Below are positions 50,805-62,848 of a stretch of 64,000 nucleotides of DNA, piece after piece. How positions within the stretch are numbered: the stretch's first letter is position 1; each line of letters starts with the position of its first letter. The DNA lies in contig NW_027271149.1 of assembly GCF_040938485.1 (NCBI RefSeq), positions 1,674,001-1,738,000 of the forward strand, read 5' to 3'. Position numbers and translations under genes: made by a program. Under the pieces are notes generated by a model that saw nothing but the letters and a program-made list of their open reading frames with translations, was not told the DNA's origin and ran no database searches. The stretch is from Diadema antillarum. Lineage: Eukaryota.

Positions 50805-52606
50805 TTGAAGAGTGCCAGGTACTGGTGGTAACACAATTTGACAAGTAGGGTGTACAAGTAAATTACGTGTACTATAATTATGTAAAGCCTAGTGTGAGAC
50901 CTTATCGTACAATTTCTGTTGGTTCTCTCTTCTCACATCCCTGGTTATTTTCAGGATATGAGCCTTTACTAGCGAAAATTCATATCGCAATGTTCTCTTT
51001 CCACCTCCTTAGTGTGCTGGTTTGGTACGTGTACACGACTGGGGTCTGCGGGCTGTTGCTAGTGAGTTCCCTTGTATTTAGTTGACTATCCGGATTAGAG
51101 CGATTGAAGCGACTCTGATTTTAAAAACCTATCACATTGGACAAAAGGCCGAACTAAAGAGAAATTGGGGATAGCACTCTATTCACTATACACTACTATA
51201 CCACATTTGGTAAATCCTCTATTCTGATTGGATGAAATTGAGGGCATAATACTGTACTACCATTGTCTTCACCCCCATCTTGGGATAGGTCTAAAGCTGC
51301 CCCATATACATTGTACGTACAACTAAACAATCTGCTTTTGGCTCGCAGAGGAACATACAGGATTGTGAAGGTACCTCAGCTCTTCACATCTATAGCGCAA
51401 GAGGAGATCCCCAGGAGATATCACTTACACAGCTGTATCTTGTTTGTTGGATGCGTTCGCGTTACATAAAAATACGTACATGTACAGTACAAGTACATTG
51501 AAAAGGAGGTAGATACAATTTGTTCACACTGGTTATAACAATAGTGAATTGACTTATAGTGCGACGGCGGACGACCAAGTAAAATTCCATTGACTCTTAT
51601 TCCAAATATAAAGCAGATGCACTCTCTATTATTACATAAAAGCAACAATATCAATACACATTCTGTCTTATCTTGTATATGTAATAGGCCTTTACTTGTT
51701 GTGAATTATACGCTTGTCGGATAAAATTGCAATGCAAAAGTCTAACGTGGCAGTGTAGAAAACAATTTGTGTGAATTGACTGGCAGGATCGACCAAGTAA
51801 AATTTCATTTGATTTTATTCGATATACAAATATATCAAATAGATTATGCAGCAGTCCATATTATGTGGATTACCCCCAAATCCACAGAAAATAGACAAAG
51901 TTTGAGCCGAGTCTTGCTATTGCACGGAGCCAATGGAGATAGAATATCACGTGTATTCTCCATGATGGTTTCATTTTATCACAAGTTGATTTACAGCTCA
52001 ATAAAAGCTTTACACCTTTTTTGATACAAGTTCACATACGCAAGGAATTCTCTGAAGAAATTTACAATCTAAACCATCTAGATTTTGGTATCTATAGGAT
52101 GAAATACACTCGGGCCTTTTCACTCTACTGTAATTTTGCATTTACGACAACATTATCTGCAAAGTTCTACAGCATTATTTCTTCGCAACGGTTTACTGTA
52201 AAATATCTGCATTTACATGCCAAAAAGCACACTTCTTCTGGAAATATAAATATCATTATGATACATCATTGTACTGATGTCATACAGAACATTAGCACAA
52301 AGTACTTTGAAATGAAAAGAAATGCCGTCGAACTTTCTGTAAAATATCGATATGCTTTTGTTGGAAATGGAAAAAAAAATGAATAAATGAATGAATGAAT
52401 GAATGAAACATGACAAGATACCCGATGAATGTCACTGTCTGCATGACGTGGATGAAGACAGTGACAATAATCATTATTGCAATTTCTCATCAGTGCACGA
52501 AATCGATCTGTATTAGCGGTACCCGAATCGCGGTGTGAGTGCTACATGTCACGTCGTGTCCATCTCGACGTCGAATCGCAGGTCGGAGAGTGTGAGATAT
52601 GTTGCG

Positions 52607-53706
52607 TTATCTCTTTAAACTCTTTCTACTGGTGGATGTCTTCGATGACGTCGTGGTCGATACAGACCTTCGCGCGTATTTGTCGTAGATATCTGGAAGA
52701 AAGTTCAGTTGCTGGGGGTCGTGCAAGGGAACGTTCCTAGTGGTCTTCAGCCGCTCTAGGCTGCTGGGATCCTTCACGTGCTGAAGTTTCGGCAGAGTCG
52801 TTGAAGACTTCATCTTTTTCTTTCTCGGGACGTTCCTTCTGATCCCCTTTTCGGGAGATGTCTTCCTAAATCTCTGACGCAAGAGTTTAATCTTTCGAGG
52901 GATCTCTTTTTCTTTGGGAGCATCTTCGCTCGCCGTGTCCACGGCTACATCGTCCTCATTGCTTTTCGCACTTTTCTGGCTGCTTTGTTCACTTTTGATT
53001 TTATTGAAATCGCGGACGCACGCGATGACGTCGTCGTCGCTGTAAGTTTGCTGACCTTTGACGTGTAAGTCTCCAAATTCTGTTGACCTGTGCGTGTGAG
53101 TCTTTGTCGGTTTGGACGGTCCGCTAACCCCGCTGACGGCACTCCCTCCACTGCTGATGCTGGCTCGCGATTTATTCAGACTTGCTTCAAGATTTACCTC
53201 CCCATCGTCGTCGTTCCCATCGGTTTCATAGTCACTTTCGTCTGGTCGTCCCGTCTTCACTTTGACATGAAGAGCTTTCTTCCTGATGTCCGGGAGACGT
53301 CCACCATCTCCTCTTCTCCCCGCTGCCCGAGTACTGCCTGCTCTCCTCTTTATTGCACTTTTCTCACGGGCTCGCCTCCGGCTCTCAGGGATGCTCTTAA
53401 GCGATTTTACACCCAGCCGGTTGGTCAAACTCTCGCCGAAGCGGCTTTCGTCATCGTCATCCGAATCGACATCCTCCCAATCGCTGTCGCCGGTATTGCT
53501 CGACGTCGCGGCGGACAGATAGGCGGTTGCGTATGCCGGGTCGAGTGGTTTGGGTAGCTGGGACTGCATCCGCGATTTGAGCTCCGCCAATCGCTTCATC
53601 ATCGCCTGAATGTCGACGGTGTTGAATCGTGATCGAGGTTTTAGTTTCTTGCGAAATGCCCGGAGATCCTGACTCAGCGCTAAACCTCGCTCGTTGGGTG
53701 GTTTTG
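52607..53706 (-). CDS. Gene G (DED protein), coding exon 3: basic, Ser/Asp-rich disordered tail
   Basis: Acceptor TTTCTTCTTTCCCTGACAG; phase 1; 1100 nt to the stop, within the listed 397-aa ORF. Confidence 0.85.
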
Positions 53707-54265
53707 CTGTCAGGGAAAGAAGAAACAGAGTGGGCGTTACATCACGTTGATTTTGACTTATTCCACGAAGTAGGTCGTTCAAAAAGAAAGAAAGATACAA
53801 TCAAAACAAACTAGTAGTGAGGCGTTTCATCCAGAAATATCTTATTACTTTCTTTATTCCCCCCTTTTTGTTTCCTCTCACTCTGACCTGAAAATTTTGT
53901 TGAATCTCAAATCCCTTCTTATTTCATGAAATGCGGGAAAGTATATTCATGATTGTACTTACTACTTCATCCTGTAAGCAAAGGTGAGTAAGAAACTAAT
54001 AGTGTCGAGAATGACTTCTCTGCATATGTCTAAAGATACTTTGTTGTTGAATGGAGTCCTACGGTTTAATTCACAATGACCTAAATATCACTGTCAGAAT
54101 CAATCAATATGGTAAAAGCTAAAATGTCACCCCGGTGACAATGGTAGTCAAATATCTGTCTTCTAATTTGATTAATCAGTGTGCGATTTAAATTACTGTT
54201 GACGTCGCTTTCAAAGGAGCTTACATTCTACAGTGATTTCACACGCGATGTACTGTAGTACTCAC

Positions 54266-54484
54266 TTTCGTAGAGGATCTCGACACCCATTTTCCGGTGG
54301 TCGTCTTGCCGCTTGTTTCGGAATTCGAGCACGAGTTCGTAGAGGTCGGGCCGTGCGATATAAAAGAGCAGCGTCTGGAGAAAAAAGAGGCTGTTTTCGG
54401 CCACTAGTCGTTGTCCTTCCAGGATGCCCATCAGACGGGGTCCCTTCAGACTCTGTCGGAGGAGATCCGGCGGGTGGACATGAT
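54266..54484 (-). CDS. Gene G, coding exon 2: C-terminal half of the death effector domain
   Basis: Acceptor GTACCCCTGTGCAG, donor A|GTGAGT, 219 nt phase 1-1; encodes ...GPRLMGILEGQRLVAENSLFFLQTLLFYIARPDLYELVLEF (RxDL motif). Confidence 0.85.
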
Positions 54485-55113
54485 CTGCACAGGGGTACAA
54501 ACATTTTCCGGAGCAAAAAGAGTAAACGCATGAGAAAGGGAAATAGGAAATGCACTTTTTATTTACCTTCCGCATATGTGACTTTCTGCTTCTGAGATGA
54601 TTTACGTATAAAAGGTAAACTTACACGGTGTGCGCTATAACTCTTCGCATTGTTATAGTTTTGAAAAGGGAGTGGCCAAATTCCTTTGTCAGCACAATCA
54701 ATATAAAGACACCTGTAGCATGTGTTATGCTTTTCTTGCATATCGACGAGATATCAATTACAGCTTCTTCTCCTTATATTTTTCATCTAAAACTGGAGTT
54801 GTTTTGCGTGCATCAGCTGTATTTAAGTAAGGCAAATACAAAATATAAAAATATTACCACATGCAAGGAGTTGATAACATGACACACATTCGAGTGATTG
54901 AAGAAATCTCCTTTGCTTGTATTTTAATGAAACGTGAATAAATTGTGAATACGTAGCTGAAATCCACTTGAAAGCGCAAAGATAGGTTTGGCAAGCCCAT
55001 AGCAGACTAATTCGAACAAGAAGTAAGAGATGGAAACAAGTATACCCGTAACCTCTTGAATAAAACAGGAATTTTATCATTAGATCATAATACCATTTCT
55101 CACAGTCTCCTAC

Positions 55114-55369
55114 CTCTGCAAAGGAATCGAATATCGGCCACGTTATCGATCGTCAGATTTTCTCCGATATATCGGACCATCCATCGAAATTCCTTGTCCC
55201 TCTTGGTCTTCCACTTTCTCGCTACGGTCTCGTCGTCATGGCAACCAAGCCGGAGTTGAGCGTGCTTCGACGGGTCGACAGCGGGCACAAGAGACAGGGG
55301 CGGCAGTAGAGGCATCGGTCGGGCCGGTCGATAGTATCGGCCCTGGTGGAAGTATCGTATCTGCGGCAT
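55114..55369 (-). CDS. Gene G, coding exon 1 of a 524-aa single-DED protein
   Basis: ATG after an in-frame stop in an exon with a strong acceptor at 55441; donor GAG|GTAGGA, phase 1; ends FRWMVRYIGENLTIDNVADIRFLCR (DED helices 1-2, FL motif). Confidence 0.8.
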
Positions 55370-55580
55370 GACGATAGAGTGCCGCGCCTCTCACGTCAAA
55401 AATGAGTTGGCCGTTCGTGGTGCATAGCTACAGGTAATCTCCTAGAAATGAGAGAAAGAAACAAAGAGGAAAACCGTCAATGTTCCAGATTATGTTTCAA
55501 GTTCGAATCTATTATAGCTGCCATGACTGATGACTGCACGGAAGTTCATTGTAGGTTCTGTGTTGTTATAATCGTAAAAA

Positions 55581-55720
55581 TAATTGTTCGAGTGGCACTT
55601 CTTTGTTTAACACCGAGGAAACTTATCTTATCATGTGGTTAGCATAAAATATTTCATGCCAACAACATGATAAGATAAGTTTTCTCGGTGTTGAATAAAG
55701 AAGTGCCACACGAACAATTA
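55581..55720. repeat. 140-bp near-perfect palindrome (foldback / MITE-like)
   Basis: TAATTGTTCGAGTGGCACTTCTTT...AAAGAAGTGCCACACGAACAATTA with arms of about 65 bp. Confidence 0.8.
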
Positions 55721-55721
55721 A

Positions 55722-56108
55722 AGGGGCTGTACAGTATTGGTCGAGATGGGGATTCATGTTTTATACATTCCTAAAGGTGAGATAATGAGAAACCTCTTTT
55801 GAGATATGAAAGAGTATGTAATTTTAAGAAGGATTAAACGTTTATTTGATGAAAATTGGTTTTCAAATGGCTGAGATATCCAAAAAAGTGATGATTATAA
55901 TAAAAGACTATAGGCCACGCCTTTTATTAGGATCTCTTTGTTTCACCTTGTTTTTGGATATCTCAGCCATTTCAAAACCGATTTTCATTAAAAACTTTTG
56001 ATACCCCTTAGAATTGCATGCTCTTTGACATTTCATTGAGTGGTTTTAGAATATCTTGCAAAATGTTAAAAGCTAAATCCTCACCTCGACCAGAACTGCA
56101 CATACCCT
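55722..56108. mobile_element. Kolobok/T2-type MITE (387 bp)
   Basis: TTAA at 55718-55721 and 56109-56112; AGGGG...CCCT termini; internal inverted repeat AAATGGCTGAGATATCCAAAAA / TTTTTGGATATCTCAGCCATTT. Confidence 0.7.
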
Positions 56109-56356
56109 TTAACCTTATATTATAGCTCCAACAATATCTTTGTTTCAAGCCCCCTTCAAATCACGGATTTCTACTCTGGGGTGGAGATCAGCGCTTCAAA
56201 TCTGTAGTTACCATCTTTATACTGACAAATTTGATAATGATAAAGATCATATACTTCTTCATTCATAATGAAATTGAGGTTGCACTTCCAGAATTATACG
56301 ACCAAAAAAACCCCCCAAAAAACCCATTAATTATTGCAACCACGGTAGAGCACGGT

Positions 56357-56357
56357 A

Positions 56358-56394
<37 letters not shown>

Positions 56395-56420
56395 GTCTAT
56401 TTGTCTGTCTGTCTGTCTAT
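56357..56420 (+). repeat. (CTAT)n/(CTGT)n compound microsatellite
   Basis: Direct reading. Confidence 0.9.
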
Positions 56421-58236
56421 CGTTGTACCTACCTATTTATGACAGGTATGTTTCAAACAAGTTCTCTTCTCATACTTTGATAAGCAACAAAGAATTTACA
56501 AAATAATAGTCTCGTACTCCAATTTTAGATTTGAATGTACATTTTGCCAGATACAGTAGATAACGTGATTCCAACCAAGAAGTTCCCACTATACACTCTC
56601 ATTGACTGATTGAGCAGCGTCTTTGATGACTGCACTATACTGGTGTTTTGAATTATAGTGATATCAAATTGCAAATTATTGCAACGAAAAATATAGACAT
56701 TCATTGACTGATGAACTCCATCAATATTCTATCACCCACTACAATTACCGTGATCACAACATCAAACAAACTTTAAGTCGTTTAGGAAAGACACGGTGGA
56801 CATTTTGATAGAATCTCATGTGATTCGTCTGATCAAACTTTGTTTCTCAACGTTTTGTTACAGCCGACTCGCGTCGGCGACTTCATATCGCTTGGCAACC
56901 TCGCCAATGTCCAGTCTCCAACTTCACATTGAATACCACAGTTCGCTGGCGAATCAGTCGATAGCATCGATTCATGTTTCGATTTTGCAAGACAACACAT
57001 CTTTTGGGAGGGACGACATTAAGAGCGATCATGGATCAATAACATGACATTGCTTTCTCCACTTCATGAGTTCACCTCCGCCATTATCATAGCCATTTAA
57101 GTCCAACAGTCCAAGAGAACGTCAAACGCCCTCATCATCAGCATACATACACTGTGTGGATATGTCAAAAGTCTATATAGAGACAACATCCATGCTGGGT
57201 TACAGCACGACATTCTCCATCCATGTTATACTACATGTAGTAAGTCTCGAGCGGTTTTGAATGTTATAGGGAGCGATCCTTTCATCGCTTCCTGGCTGAA
57301 CAGTGCACACAGTGCTTATAATTCAGTTTAGAAGGTTGGCTTTTATGTCATAAATACAGCGTCCCTCAACAAAAAAGAGAAAAAAAAGATGATGATAAAA
57401 ACACCACCCCATTTTCTTGAGGCAGCAATGAAAGGAGACCTTCCTATTATCGACATCAACCCCTCACGGCGTGCATATTCTTGAGGAAGATGGATTTCTC
57501 AAGATTGAGTAGTAAAATTGTTACGCTTTGTTGACTAATAAAGTGTTGCAGTTGCATGTTGATCCTAAACTGTATAAATTGATAGTGTTGATTTGATGGA
57601 CATGTCAATTATCTGATCAATAAAAAGTTTCAAAAAAAAAAAAGAAGTTGTGATCCCTTCCACGCTGACACGTGGTGTGAAAGCATCCACATATAGGCTA
57701 TACTGATTAATGCATATTTTCTGCGTTTATCTGCATAGAGGTTTATGTCACTTCAAACTGTCCTGTCATTCTACCGGAACCTCAGTGTTAACTGCTAGTA
57801 TGACGTGGTGCTATGAGTCACGCACTATTTATCACAGAGCTACATTTCATGGCGCTTCTGTCACATCTAGTAGTACACGTATACATCAAACTTTGTACCC
57901 ACCTGGAGCAAAGTAGTGAGTAAAGTGGTTGGCATTGCTCTCAATTGTATTTTGTAATACCACACAAAATACCCTCTACAATAAATGCTCGATGCAACTC
58001 AGCGCAAATAATAATGACATAGGAAGACTTTCAGCTGTTTTCTCTTTTTTTTCCTTTTATATATTTCGATGTATGTATTCGCATTCGTCAATGTTTTGCG
58101 AGAATAAATGTAGACAACGAGATGAAAAATCTGTTCAAAGGCAAGGACTGTATGACATGTTAAATTCAAGATCGCTTCTCGGCCTTTTGGCTAAGATCAT
58201 GTGTATAGATTGTTGGTATATGGAACCACCCTAATC

Positions 58237-58416
58237 NNNNNNNNNNNNNNNNNNNNNNNNNNNNNNNNNNNNNNNNNNNNNNNNNNNNNNNNNNNNNNNN
58301 NNNNNNNNNNNNNNNNNNNNNNNNNNNNNNNNNNNNNNNNNNNNNNNNNNNNNNNNNNNNNNNNNNNNNNNNNNNNNNNNNNNNNNNNNNNNNNNNNNNN
58401 NNNNNNNNNNNNNNNN
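58237..58416. other. Assembly gap or masked run (180 N)
   Basis: Run of N. Confidence 0.95.
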
Positions 58417-59745
58417 CCAACCAACCAAACAAACGAACCAAAGGGAAAAAAAATCAAAGCCCTGGAAATATCTGAAGAAATTACGAATTTGCCGTTTCAG
58501 TGCTCTTCATGCATAAGTCTGTGTAAATTAAGGATTTGCCATTACCTAATTCATGACGACAAAAACGGTAAATGCGCAAAATATGGATACACAGTCAATA
58601 TGCTTCCAGAGTCTATAATCACCGTGCAATATCATTTGGGATATCATACTTTTATATAAGGATACCTATGGAGATGCGGAACGAGGTAATGTCATGCATC
58701 TGTGTTCAATTTTATCTACCTCAAAACGGTTTGGATAATTGATCCTGTGATGGGGAATCATAATTACACTGATTGATAGTTCATTTCCCGCATATGTCCA
58801 AGGCCCTTTAAACACGGTTTACAGATACACCTGTAACTTGTAAGTGCAGCGTTCGGTTGCTGAAAGGTCATGCAAAACCTGTATGATGATACACAGATTT
58901 GCTGTTTTCAAAGAAATCCGTATACAGTTGAAAGATGCATGAACAAATGTGTTTTTACGGGAGAGGTATTTTACACCGTCTAATATTACGAAAGTACCAA
59001 CGAGTGTCAATTTACAGAACGTATATAGTACATGCACTCGTGTTCGTCTCACATCCCTGGTATTACATTGTAGGCCTACTTTATACAGTGCAGGTTACAC
59101 GGAATCGCCTTCAAAGGGCACACCGCCACTTAACGTGATACATTATGATAGATATGTCGTAGAGGATGAAGATCATAGTTTCACATAAAAACTTACGTCA
59201 AACTCTTGGTTGAGGGACACGCATGATAGTCCTTCCCAATTATCACCTAATTTTCATCGAGGCCGACGATTGATTCATTATTCATTCGAAAGCAAGGATG
59301 CATTCAACCTCGGGTATGACGTCTTTGTTTCACCAGTTGAACGTGAGATGAGCAGAGAGCTATACGCAAATTATTATCACGACGTATATAAACGGTGCGA
59401 TACTCCGCCGAAAGAACGGGGGCAGTGCATTCCAGTGTAAATTCAACGATGTGCACAAAAACCGTGCAAATTCCTCACCCTTGACTACTGACTGTGCATA
59501 CACAAGCTCGAGGGATAGAGTGAAGAGTACCACCAGCAAGGGGTAACAGCTCTTCCTATTGACCCGTTCTTGTAGCTGCAAAGTGCCCACAATAGGTGGC
59601 GTATTGATCCCCTACCCCTGGGGTTTGTTGAACATTGGGGGAACATCTTCTGCACGGGGCTGTATACAAAGATCTCTGAATGAAATTGATGAAAGGTATG
59701 GAGAAAACACATGGAGATGCCATGTAGCGACGCAGTGATGAAACT

Positions 59746-59934
59746 NNNNNNNNNNNNNNNNNNNNNNNNNNNNNNNNNNNNNNNNNNNNNNNNNNNNNNN
59801 NNNNNNNNNNNNNNNNNNNNNNNNNNNNNNNNNNNNNNNNNNNNNNNNNNNNNNNNNNNNNNNNNNNNNNNNNNNNNNNNNNNNNNNNNNNNNNNNNNNN
59901 NNNNNNNNNNNNNNNNNNNNNNNNNNNNNNNNNN
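59746..59934. other. Assembly gap or masked run (189 N)
   Basis: Run of N. Confidence 0.95.
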
Positions 59935-60630
59935 ATACAATACACACATACAGAATGTATCTATAACAACTAACTGTAGTAGGCCTTCTCCCTAGGCCAA
60001 AGACTGCGGCGCTTTGAAGCACATAGGCAGGAGAAACGAAAGAGAACGAGAGAAAAGTCAATTTTATGACAGTGCAGAGAACAAGCAAAGTGATTGCAAT
60101 TATCGGCGTGGTCATTTAAAGTCTTAATTACAAATGAAAACAAAGAAAATTAAAGAAACACAAAACAAACGACAAGTAAAACAGAAACAGTAGCGGGGAA
60201 TGACAGTAAAAGTAAAAATCTGCTACACATGACAGTACAATTTGCTATGGATCTGATTCATTTTCAGAATGAAATGCTGCATAAAGCTCTCCAGAAGAGC
60301 AAAAAAATTGCGAACTTTATTTTCCCTGATCATTAAATCATTCCATATAAAAATCTGCCTTTGAAGGTAGTGTTTACCATTGGGAGCAGTGATTCAAAAA
60401 ATGTTCGAGTTATCACAATTGATGCATAATATGTGCAGATCAGTTGTATTACAAAACATGCATCCTTCCATGTAAAAATTTCGCAGTAAAGCCTATATTA
60501 ATTATATACGGGAGATATCACTGTTTTTTTCAATAGACCATAACTGTAGACGGTTTATTCGAGAAACAATTTTATTATTTTATTTGTATTCTAAGCTGAT
60601 TTATATGTTTGTTTGTTTGTTTTGATGATT

Positions 60631-60714
60631 GTAAAGCGCTTCGAAACATATTGTATTAAGCGCTAAATAAATATTTCATATTATTATTATTATTATTATC
60701 ATTATTATTATTAT
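60631..60714 (+). mobile_element. L2-type LINE/SINE 3' tail
   Basis: GTAAAGCGCTTCGAAAC...AAGCGCTAAATAAAT followed by (ATT)n. Confidence 0.55.
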
Positions 60715-62788
60715 AACTACTGTTCACAATTTGTACATTTAACAATACTTAACATTGATTACACTGATTAACATTTTTACATTGGCTGTTTCTATCCCGT
60801 GATTAACTCCCATCTTAGAACTATTTTGAAGCACTAGAGCTGAGGTTTTGTTTCATCTGCAAATGGTGCTTATTGCCGATACATCTTTGTACAGAAGTTA
60901 TAACTTGCATAGAAGCAATATATAACTGAAGAAGCAAATTGAGTTAACTCTTGACTATATGAGTAGACGTGTATGACGCATTTTGAAGGTAGATATATAC
61001 TCATAAATATAATTATATCTTTTATAGGGCCTACGATATATAACACAGATGTACTTGATGATAGTCCTGCTGATTAACGTTGAAATTAGGGGCTTAGCAA
61101 TTATTGAAAATGGAGAAATGACATGAGATTTTGACAACGGCCAAATGAGGCAAAGCAAGTAGGTAAGTCAAATCTTTGAGTTTATATTAAGACAGCTCGT
61201 ATAAACGATTATCAAATATTTTTTTGTGTCTTTTGTATGTAAGCCTCTAATATTGTGATTCTATTTTTAAGCTCTTTTTAGAGCGATGTTCATCTCGAGT
61301 CTTTTGATTCTATTTCATTTCATTTCTGCATTTCTTTTTCATACAAAAATGTAAAAAAAAACCAATTGAACAAAATTATTCAGTAATACAAAGTATTTGA
61401 ACAGTGAAGATAGATGGAAACAGGTGAATGATTGACTTAAATTATACTGTTTTCTGAATTACACAAAATTAATGAATACGAGCTCGTGCCATTTACTAAT
61501 TGAGAAAACAAAACAATACTAAAAAAACCCCAAACAAGAGTTTGCGTACCTGCTATTCAAGAGACAATTAATCCAATCTAGGGATAATGAAAATGCAGGA
61601 GACCATATCATTATCATTAGTAGATGTTTGACGAGTTCAACAGCCTTTTAATGATGATATTATAGGCAATACTAATATAAATAAACTAATATTTTCCATA
61701 ACTTTGCCTGAAAATAGACACTAATATGCATTTAAATCTATTCTTTATCATCGACACGTCCCTAACTTTATCCCCTCTTAACGATATAGAAAAATCATCA
61801 ACCCAGTTAACTCATTTGATTCAAGAGCAAATTGTCTACATTTGTCGAGACACCTGCCGTAGCACATGGCAACTCCCACGTCCACGGGCTACAGGTGTTG
61901 CTAGGATACGTTGGTGTTTGTTTCCCTGGGTGTAACCTCGTTCACAGTTTTTGTTCAATTTAATCGCAACAATAGGCTTTTACGCGCATGCAGATGTGAA
62001 TGAAAAGGAACGAGCCAGGATTGACCCCGAGGTCACAAATGCCAAACTAATCGGTCTGCTTTTACGGGAATTCGCACGTGAAAGAGCAGAGTGTATACCA
62101 ATTTTTCACCTCTCGAAGGAACTAATGGTGACCATAAGCGAGGTTTGTAATCTTATATAATAACTTTACAAACTCATATAATCAAAAATGCATATTAATC
62201 CAATATAATATAGGATACATCTTTTTTCTTTTTCATTGTCGGCCCGAATGTTTCATGGTGCGTAGTCCCATCAACTGCTTATTTTGTTGGTAGACATTTA
62301 CTCGTGAGAAGTACAACAACTCAAGAACAAGCTGCAAATACAGTAACGTTAGGCTTATTGTTTCGAAATGAAGATGAATTCCTATTTTCACTCCCCCTCT
62401 CTCTCCTCTTATTTACTGCTATCTTGGTTTTCAGTCATGTGGATGAAGGAACGTTATAAAGTTATGAGATACTAAAATGACTGCGCTCAATTCCCTTCCA
62501 CTTTCTTTTTGACTTTAGAAAGCAGATCATGCATGAATTGTTGGTGAGAATCGGGATGGCGTTCACATCAGTTGTCTATATGACTGAGAGGGACCAATAG
62601 TCGATACACTATCTAGACTTCTAAGTTCTAACTGCTAGACACACATGTACAGAACAGCCTTTCTAGGTAGCATACAGTGACGCACATGTGGACCCAGTCT
62701 AGTCTAAACACTGGAAGTTGTAAACTAGACTAGACTAGACTTAGACCAAGATCTAGTTCTCCGTAGTTGTAATTGTAGGGGTCTAGCT

Positions 62789-62848
62789 TACTGCGACCAG
62801 CCCCATAGTATACGCGTACTATGCGTATGGGGCTGCTGGTCGCAATTA
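62789..62848. repeat. 60-bp hairpin flanked by a 10-bp direct repeat
   Basis: TGCGACCAGC...GCTGGTCGCA stem; GGGTCTAGCT at 62779-62788 and 62849-62858. Confidence 0.5.

Noticed and set aside
23273-54595. Antisense and alternative-frame ORFs over genes A, C, F, G and H2B (e.g. 23419-23844, 34678-34989, 46853-47197, 53090-53557, 54233-54595)
   Set aside because: Shadows of GC-rich real coding exons.
55402-57047. Plus-strand two-exon 71-aa model (55402-55433 + 56864-57047) opposite the DED gene
   Set aside because: Phases fit, but exon 1 overlaps the DED gene's own 5' exon antisense and the product is featureless. Likely coincidental or non-coding.
59210-59700. CpG-rich segment with short open frames before the last gap
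   Set aside because: No recognisable product or consistent splice model, and the adjacent N run prevents evaluation.
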